Assembly: GCA_027315135.1 (NCBI GenBank)
Contig: DAHUYR010000017.1
Span: 1 to 41,277 of the forward strand
Reading direction: 5' to 3'
DNA: 41,277 nucleotides
Origin: Candidatus Micrarchaeota archaeon
Lineage (GTDB): Archaea > Micrarchaeota > Micrarchaeia > Micrarchaeales > CABMGC01
Shown here: positions 34,654 to 41,277 of the stretch, piece after piece
Numbering within the stretch: position 1 is the first letter of the stretch
Layout of the letters: each line of letters begins with the position of its first letter
Made by a program: the position numbers and the translations under genes
The notes under the pieces: model-generated
What the model saw: the letters and a program-made list of their open reading frames with translations, nothing else
Told to the model about the DNA's origin: nothing
Database searches by the model: none

Positions 34654-36163
34654 CAGCGTTCTTTGGAAGAGCGTTTGTTATATTCATTGCATTTGCTATC
34701 CCTGTCCCTACTAATACTACTGCTATGTTGATTGCAAGAGCTATCATGCCTATGAACACTGGTCCAAGTCCAGTGCCTACGAGCGTTGTTGTCCATGTTG
34801 CATAACTGTTTGCAGCCTCCATTATGTACACTCCCGAGGCAACGCCTGCAACAAGTCCTAAGAAGAGCGCTCTCCTGTTGAGATTCTTTGTTATCATGCC
34901 GAAGATGAATGAAGGGAGCACCTGAAGTATAAGTATGCCTCCGAAGAGCTGCAACTGAATTGCATAAGTCGCAGGTATCAGGAATACGAAGCCAAGCGCA
35001 AGGAACTTGAACACAACTGCAAACACCTGTGCTATCTTGGTCTCTCCTTTAGGCGTTATATTTGGCTTTATCTCCTTTGCAATATTTCTTGTAAACAGGT
35101 TAGCTGCTGCTATTGCCATTATTGCTGCAGGGACTAATCCACCTATGAATATTCCAAGAAGCGCTGCGCCAGACAGCCATGAAGGCAACAGGGTAAGTAT
35201 CAATCCGGGAACCACCTGTGTTCCCTGCACAGCCGCAGGGAAGGAGTTTACATACTTTAATGCTGCAGGGACTCCGTATACTACGAAGCCGAACATGGCA
35301 AGCAGTCCTAATCCTATGCTGTAAAGAGGTAATAATGAAGCCGTCCTCCTAACTGATTTTGCGCTCTTCTGTGCCAGAGTACCATTCACCACATGCGGAT
35401 ACAGATACAGTGCAAGTGCGCTGAATACGAACAGACTCCAATATGCGTTATACAAACTGGAAGGAAGGGTAAAGTAATGTATATTTGTTGCAGAGGCATT
35501 TACAAATGCATTATGGAAACCTCCAAGAGTTATCACTGCGACCACTACTGCAACCACGCTGACTAATATCAATGCATCTTTGAGCACTCCTGCAAGTGTT
35601 GCCCCTCGCAATCCGCTCGTCCAGGTAAACGCTGCTAATATCACGAACGATATTATCAATGAAAACTCTATTATCGTGTTAACCGCTCCGAAGCTGCTGA
35701 GAAGCGCTATCAGTACTGCCTGCATACCAACTATCTGTAGTGCTATGTACGGAAGCTCTGCCACTATCCCTACAAGTGCTATGGACACTGCAAGGAGCCT
35801 GCTGTTGAACACTCCTTTTACGAAATCAGCCATTGTGATGTAGCCGTGCTTGTTCGCAATCTTCCAGAACCTTGGCATGGCCCACATTGCAAATGCATAA
35901 GTAATTATTACATAAGGCGCAGCAAAGAAGTATATCGCTCCTTTGGCAAACAAGGAAGAAGGAACTGCTATGAAGGTATACGCAGTGTAAATATCAGCAC
36001 CGAGAAGGAACCATCCCAGGAAGGTTCCAAGCCTGCCTCCTGCAAGGCCCCACTCCTTGAGCTTCGTAAGGTCTCCCTTTCTCCATCTCGCTCCCCAGAA
36101 GCCTAGGAACACGAAGAATATGAATAGGGCAATGAAAACAGCTATTGATAATAGGTCAATCAT
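34643..36163 (-). CDS. Sodium:solute symporter (MctP/monocarboxylate-type)
   Basis: EWGLAGGRLG, WFLLGADIYTAYTFIAVP, PYIALQIVG, SGLRG, YPH, AANLFTRNI; about 13 TMs. Confidence 0.92.
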   Translation of the reverse strand: MIDLLSIAVFIALFIFFVFLGFWGARWRKGDLTKLKEWGLAGGRLGTFLGWFLLGADIYTAYTFIAVPSSLFAKGAIYFFAAPYVIITYAFAMWAMPRFWKIANKHGYITMADFVKGVFNSRLLAVSIALVGIVAELPYIALQIVGMQAVLIALLSSFGAVNTIIEFSLIISFVILAAFTWTSGLRGATLAGVLKDALILVSVVAVVVAVITLGGFHNAFVNASATNIHYFTLPSSLYNAYWSLFVFSALALYLYPHVVNGTLAQKSAKSVRRTASLLPLYSIGLGLLAMFGFVVYGVPAALKYVNSFPAAVQGTQVVPGLILTLLPSWLSGAALLGIFIGGLVPAAIMAIAAANLFTRNIAKEIKPNITPKGETKIAQVFAVVFKFLALGFVFLIPATYAIQLQLFGGILILQVLPSFIFGMITKNLNRRALFLGLVAGVASGVYIMEAANSYATWTTTLVGTGLGPVFIGMIALAINIAVVLVGTGIANAMNITNALPKNADVY

Positions 36164-36166
36164 TCA

Positions 36167-36430
36167 TCATCTCCTCTTTCTCCTAGCTCCGGATTTTGAC
36201 CTAGACGCAGCTCTTGCTGCCTTCTCAACTCTCATGTCTCTCTTCTCCCATAACAAGGCTGCTATGAAATACAGCAGTGCACCTAAGGGCATCCATAATA
36301 TCTGATACCAATAGAAGAATGCGACTCCTCCAAGAGTAGGATTAACCATATTGTATGTAGGTATGGCAAGCAATGCGATTAGCGGTACCAAAAGAAGAAC
36401 TGCAATTGAAACATCGATAGCTTCAACCAT
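36167..36430 (-). CDS. DUF3311-like small membrane partner of the symporter
   Basis: PTYNMVNPTLGGVAFFYWYQILW directly upstream of the SSS gene. Confidence 0.88.
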   Translation of the reverse strand: MVEAIDVSIAVLLLVPLIALLAIPTYNMVNPTLGGVAFFYWYQILWMPLGALLYFIAALLWEKRDMRVEKAARAASRSKSGARRKRR

Positions 36431-36534
36431 TCAGCATTCCCAACCTACTGTAGTACTGCTTGCTAGAAAAGCATTTAAAAGTGATGCATAATGTACGAGC
36501 AATATGGTAAAGAGGCAGGTAAAAGAAATGGACT

Positions 36535-37644
36535 CTATTCCAAGTTAATTCCTCTTAATATGAAAGCATCTATCTCATTCTGCCCTTTCTCTATATGTAT
36601 TCCCTTAGCTATCTCCTGGTACTTCCACTGCGGATCAAACAGCAGGTTTATTTCCTTTATAGTAAGTCCCGTGTTCTTGCCTTTGCACAGGTCTATTATC
36701 TGGCTAACAAATACCTCTGAGTTATTCAGACCGCCAGGGTTTCCAGATGCAATCAAAGATCCGTCCTCATAGAGTGACCAGCCGCCTCTCCTGTCAGAAT
36801 TATACTCTATATCGGAATGCAGGTATGACAGATCAAGATAAGCGCCACTCTCGAAATAGAACCTCGCAGAGCGTGACTCTTTTGGAGAGCCCTTGGCTAT
36901 CCTGATTGTCCCACGCGCCCCGTCACTGAAGAACTTTCCAGAAACACTTACGTTTGCCTCTACTCCAGTTGCATTATCCTGTCCGTATTCCTTCTTAACT
37001 GCAAATACCTTAGCATCTTCAAGTTCAACCTTATCTGCCTTAGCCCCGGCGATTATTATCTCAAACATGTGTATTCCGGTATCCATGAAGAGCCCGCCGC
37101 TCCTGTTTGAGAATAGCCAGCTACTCCTCCTCAGATCCTCATCGCTTTCAGCCTCGAACAAAGTGGCAGCAACCCTTACTACCTTGCCATATTTATCTGT
37201 ATATTCTGACAGCATGCCTTCGAGATCAAATGTCAGCTGCTTGTGCAGATAATGCAGGTGCAGGTATGCTTTAGATTCCATATTGTTTATTTTTATGAAA
37301 TTTGCAACCCTGTCAAATTCTTCCTTGTTGACTCCCCACGTCTTTTCCGTAACTGTGAATTTGCCGTGCTGCAGCGATTCTATCGTCTGCTGTGCATGAT
37401 ACTCATTAGGATCTGATATATGGACAAGGTCAAGACCGTCATAGAACTCTTCTGGAAGCTTCCCATCAGATACTCTGTAATAATCCTCTTCAGTTAAGCC
37501 TATCTCCTTGAGTTTCTCTATCTTGTTTGATACGTCGCTTACTCCCACTACTTTTGCTATCCTGAATTCATTGCTGTTTCTAAGCCCTGCATAAAGTCTG
37601 TTGAACCAGTGGCCAAAGCCAACTGCGCCAAGATTAAATGCCAT
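36535..37644 (-). CDS. Gfo/Idh/MocA-like NAD(P)-dependent oxidoreductase with Zwf-like motifs
   Basis: GAVGFGHW, ISDPNEYH, TEKTWG, HYLHK, GGLFMDTGIH; ATG directly follows the gnd TAG. Confidence 0.8.
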   Translation of the reverse strand: MAFNLGAVGFGHWFNRLYAGLRNSNEFRIAKVVGVSDVSNKIEKLKEIGLTEEDYYRVSDGKLPEEFYDGLDLVHISDPNEYHAQQTIESLQHGKFTVTEKTWGVNKEEFDRVANFIKINNMESKAYLHLHYLHKQLTFDLEGMLSEYTDKYGKVVRVAATLFEAESDEDLRRSSWLFSNRSGGLFMDTGIHMFEIIIAGAKADKVELEDAKVFAVKKEYGQDNATGVEANVSVSGKFFSDGARGTIRIAKGSPKESRSARFYFESGAYLDLSYLHSDIEYNSDRRGGWSLYEDGSLIASGNPGGLNNSEVFVSQIIDLCKGKNTGLTIKEINLLFDPQWKYQEIAKGIHIEKGQNEIDAFILRGINLE

Positions 37645-38562
37645 CTATTTCTCCTCTGTTTTCACGTCATGGCCTCCGAATTCATGCCTTAGTGCAGCAA
37701 GCATCCTTCTCTGGAACTTCTTGTCGGAGCGTGATTCAAATCTGGTATACAATGAGTTTGTTATTATGCCAAGCGGAACATCATAGTCTATTGCGGTATG
37801 CACTGCGTACCTGCCCTCACCATTATCTTGTACGTATGGCACTATGGAAGAAAGATGCTTGTCCTTCGCCAGAGCCCTTTCAGCAAGCTCCATTAGATAT
37901 CCTCTTATAACTGATCCGTTGTTCCACAGCTTGCAAACCTTTACAAGATCGGTATCTCCTTTATAAGGCCCTTCCTCTATCAGCTCTAATCCCTCTCCGA
38001 TAGCCTGCATCATCCCATACTCTATCGCGTTATGGGCCATCTTTACAAAATGGCCTGATCCTGCCTTCCCTGTGTATAAATATCCTTCTTTAACGCTGAG
38101 ATCCTTGAATAATTCCTCATATCTGTCAAAAACCTCTCTGTCCCCGCCTACCATTATCGACATTCCGTTAAGGGCGCCGCTCGGTCCTCCACTGCATCCT
38201 GCATCAAGGTACTCTATGCCATTCTCTTTTGCCTTGCTATGAAGCATCGACGACTCCTTGTAAAACGAATTCGACCCGTCTATTATAGTGTCTCCCTTCT
38301 GCATAATTTTTATTAAATCTGTTACAAACTCTACGGTCACATCCCCTGAAGGCAGCATGACCCAGATGGTTCTGTTGCCTTTTAATGTCTCTACCATCTG
38401 CTTTACCGTCTCCGTGCTCCTTATCCCTGATTTTTCCAGTTCTCGGACAGGATCCTTAGACCTGTTCCATACCACGACATCATATTTCTTATTATGCATC
38501 TGTATGGCTATGTTTTTTCCCATCTTTCCTAATCCAATCAGTCCTATCTCTCTGCCTTGCAT
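37645..38562 (-). CDS. gnd: 6-phosphogluconate dehydrogenase (decarboxylating), short-chain type
   Basis: IGLGKMG, WVMLPSG, IDGSNS, SGGPSGA, GHFVKMAHNAIEYGMMQ, GEGR, ALRHEFGGH. Confidence 0.95.
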   Translation of the reverse strand: MQGREIGLIGLGKMGKNIAIQMHNKKYDVVVWNRSKDPVRELEKSGIRSTETVKQMVETLKGNRTIWVMLPSGDVTVEFVTDLIKIMQKGDTIIDGSNSFYKESSMLHSKAKENGIEYLDAGCSGGPSGALNGMSIMVGGDREVFDRYEELFKDLSVKEGYLYTGKAGSGHFVKMAHNAIEYGMMQAIGEGLELIEEGPYKGDTDLVKVCKLWNNGSVIRGYLMELAERALAKDKHLSSIVPYVQDNGEGRYAVHTAIDYDVPLGIITNSLYTRFESRSDKKFQRRMLAALRHEFGGHDVKTEEK

Positions 38563-38631
38563 ATGAACCATCCACATTTCGTAGGTGCATTGTCAAGAAA
38601 TGTTATTAAGCATATACTAAGAAAATCAGGC

Positions 38632-39117
38632 ATGCGTTACCTGTCAGACTCTGAGGAAGCGGAAGCAACGACATACATGGGCCAAGCGGCAAATATTGCA
38701 AAGAGCGCTTCATGTGACAGACACAAGTGCGGCAGTGTGATTGTAAACAATGGAAAAATCATAGGCAGAGGTTTCAACTCTCCTCCTGCAGGGCTGGAAG
38801 AACAGCGGAGATGCTCATATCCAAAGGAATCATACAACAAAAAGGTTACAGACAAAACCTGTTGCATGCATGCAGAGCAAAGGGCTATAATGGATGCATT
38901 AAGGAATAATCCGGACAAACTCCGTGGTTCAAGCATATACTTCACAAGGCTGGGCAAAGACGGCAGTACTGCAAGATCAGGAAAGCCATACTGTACGATA
39001 TGCAGTAAAATGTCCTTAGATGCAGGAATCAAGGAATTCATACTATGGCATGAAGAAGGCATCTGCGCATACGCTGCAGATGAGTACAATACGCTCTCTT
39101 ACCAATACAAAGAATAG
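38632..39117 (+). CDS. Zinc-dependent deaminase (dCMP/cytidine deaminase fold)
   Basis: CGSVIV, GFNSPP, HAEQRAI, PYCTIC. Confidence 0.85.
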   Translation: MRYLSDSEEAEATTYMGQAANIAKSASCDRHKCGSVIVNNGKIIGRGFNSPPAGLEEQRRCSYPKESYNKKVTDKTCCMHAEQRAIMDALRNNPDKLRGSSIYFTRLGKDGSTARSGKPYCTICSKMSLDAGIKEFILWHEEGICAYAADEYNTLSYQYKE

Positions 39118-39187
39118 AAGAATAAGCAATATGCCATTCTCTCTTATCATTGAATATCGGCAGCAAGAGAAAATATAAGAACTAAGA

Positions 39188-41254
39188 TTACGCCTTAAAC
39201 CTTGCCAACAACAAAGAGTTCGATACAACTGTAACCGAGCTGAAGGCCATTGCAAATCCTGCAAGCATGGGCAGTATCCCATAAATGCTTATTGTAAAAA
39301 TAGGTATCAGCGCACCTGCAGCTATTGGTATAAGGACTATGTTATATCCGAACGCCCAGAAAAGGTTCTGTCTTATCTTTGACATGGTCTTATCTCCAAG
39401 TCTCAGTGCCACATAAACGTCATATACGCTGCTTCTCATCAATACTATTCCACCTGCCTGCACTGCCACTTCGGTACCTGCGCCTATGGCTATTCCAAGG
39501 TCTGCTTTCGTAAGTGCAGGCGCATCATTGATCCCATCGCCTACCATCGCCACTACCTTGCCTGCTTTCTGCAGTTCTGCTATCTTGTTCATCTTCTGGT
39601 CTGGTTTTGCCTGAGAAACTACATTCTTTATTCCAAGCTGCTTTGCTACAGCATCGGCAACGGAAGCATTGTCTCCTGTGACGAGCCATACTTCCTTCCC
39701 TATTTTCTGAAGAGCCTCAACCGCTCTTTTGCTATCAGCCTTCAACACGTCTGCAAGTGCGATGAGCCCTACAGCCTCACCGTCAATACTTACTATAAGT
39801 GTGGTCTTTCCATCTGATTCAAGCTTCTGGATATGCATCTCAGCCTCTTCAGGCATGTGCCTGCCAAACAGCTCCCTGTTGCCCACCATTATCTCTTTGC
39901 CATTCTTATCGAAAGCCGTAATGCCGAATCCCTGTCTATAACCGAATTTCTTAGGGATATCTATCCTTATCTGTTCATGTTCTGCCCTTGAAACTATGGC
40001 TTTGCCAAGGATATGCTCTGAGCTTGCCTCTGCAGTAGCGGCGAATTCAAGTATCTGCGCCGCATTATAACTGGATAACGGTACAATATCGGTAACTGCC
40101 GGTCTTCCTTCTGTCAGCGTGCCTGTCTTGTCAAAGACGACGGCATTAACCTTGCTTGCAATCTGAAGACTCTCTCCATTCTTGACCAATATTCCCTTTT
40201 CTGCTGCTCTTCCAGACGCGACCAATAAGGCTGCCGGTGTCGCTATCCCAAGCGCACATGGGCAAGCTATTATCAGCACGCTTACAAATATCAGTACAGC
40301 TGCACTAAGGCCGACCCCTGCAAAATACCAGGCCAGCGCAGCAGTTATCCCTATAAAAACCACCAAAGGTACGAAATAAGATGACACTCTATCTGCAAGT
40401 CTTTGCACAGGAACCTTGCTTGAAGCTGCCTCTCTCACTATTCTTATTATCTGAGCAAGCGTCGTATCACTGCCTGTCCTCACCACCTTTATCTTTAACG
40501 GACTATCAGAGTTTACAGTCCCTCCCACAACGCTATCCCCAATCCTTTTCATTACTGGCATGCTCTCTCCAGTAATAGCTGATTCATAAATTGCACTACT
40601 GCCATCTACAATTGTTGCGTCTGCAGGTATTCTCTCTCCAGGCTTGACAAGAAGCACATCTTTCTCCTGAATCTGTTCTATTGGGATATCCTTGAAACTG
40701 TTTCCTTCTATTAAATGGGCTGTTTTAGGTTGCAGCGAAACAAGTGCAGATACTGCATTAGACGCTTTTGCTTCAGTCAACCTCTGCAGGTATGTTCCAG
40801 TAAGTATGAGCGTTATTATTATCGTAGACGTATCGAAGAACACACCGCCTGAAAAAAAGACATAAGGAAACAAGGTCACTGCGCAACTATAAGCCCATGC
40901 GACTGTAGTGCCTATGGCTATGAGCGTATCCATATTTGCAGATCTGTTCTTTACTGCATCGATTATGCCGGCATAAAATCTTCTACCTGCATAAAACTGC
41001 ACTATACTTGCAAGTATGAGCATTATGTAGTTTCCATAACCTACTCTTAAGACATATGTGAGCAAAGCTACAATTATTGTCAGCGGCCAAGATACCATGA
41101 GCGCCTTCCTAAGGATTCTCATCTCAAGTTCAGGTCTATCGAACTGCAGTTTGCAAGTAGCGCTGCAGAAGTAGTACTTCTGCCCATCCTTATCACTAAT
41201 AAGTTTGGTATCTTTCTCATCCACATACATTCCGCATATCGGATCGTTTGCCAT
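39188..41254 (-). CDS. copA: P1B-type heavy-metal (Cu+) ATPase with N-terminal YHS/TRASH domain
   Basis: DPICGM...YYFCSATC, TGES, ACPCALG, DKTGT, GDGINDAP, GYN and MAFSS Cu(I) ligands; start ATG 41254 or slightly upstream. Confidence 0.94.
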   Translation of the reverse strand: MANDPICGMYVDEKDTKLISDKDGQKYYFCSATCKLQFDRPELEMRILRKALMVSWPLTIIVALLTYVLRVGYGNYIMLILASIVQFYAGRRFYAGIIDAVKNRSANMDTLIAIGTTVAWAYSCAVTLFPYVFFSGGVFFDTSTIIITLILTGTYLQRLTEAKASNAVSALVSLQPKTAHLIEGNSFKDIPIEQIQEKDVLLVKPGERIPADATIVDGSSAIYESAITGESMPVMKRIGDSVVGGTVNSDSPLKIKVVRTGSDTTLAQIIRIVREAASSKVPVQRLADRVSSYFVPLVVFIGITAALAWYFAGVGLSAAVLIFVSVLIIACPCALGIATPAALLVASGRAAEKGILVKNGESLQIASKVNAVVFDKTGTLTEGRPAVTDIVPLSSYNAAQILEFAATAEASSEHILGKAIVSRAEHEQIRIDIPKKFGYRQGFGITAFDKNGKEIMVGNRELFGRHMPEEAEMHIQKLESDGKTTLIVSIDGEAVGLIALADVLKADSKRAVEALQKIGKEVWLVTGDNASVADAVAKQLGIKNVVSQAKPDQKMNKIAELQKAGKVVAMVGDGINDAPALTKADLGIAIGAGTEVAVQAGGIVLMRSSVYDVYVALRLGDKTMSKIRQNLFWAFGYNIVLIPIAAGALIPIFTISIYGILPMLAGFAMAFSSVTVVSNSLLLARFKA

Positions 41255-41277
41255 AACTTGCCTCATCACTTACTTCT

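Overview
Gene-dense archaeal chromosomal segment, most likely a DPANN archaeon of the Micrarchaeota (inferred from gene content: class I CCA-adding enzyme, AK6, primase subunit, eS26, FtsZ2, pelota, Sua5, PolX-PHP, GGTGA-type Shine-Dalgarno motifs, BHB tRNA intron, near-zero intergenic spacing). It holds two tRNA-Ala genes (CGC with a 39-nt intron; TGC without), a 10-gene complex I-like operon (nuoABCDHIJKLN), a complete IS200/IS605 element and several microproteins missed by the ORF track. Most striking: (1) the complex I-like operon lacks nuoM, NuoL/NuoN have lost several conserved charged proton-pumping residues and nuoH carries an in-frame TAG, suggesting a low-gear/uncoupled or decaying complex; (2) a Gfo/Idh/MocA protein abutting gnd carries Zwf-like motifs and is a candidate divergent glucose-6-phosphate dehydrogenase; (3) the IS605-type element carries a Cys-rich membrane cargo gene between tnpA and a compact 339-aa tnpB, and its right end supplies a new in-frame ATG to the gene it interrupted; (4) PriL is fused to a PriX-like domain instead of the Fe-S domain; (5) a 36-aa, 72% Asp/Glu microprotein. 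All family calls are from motif recognition, not database searches.
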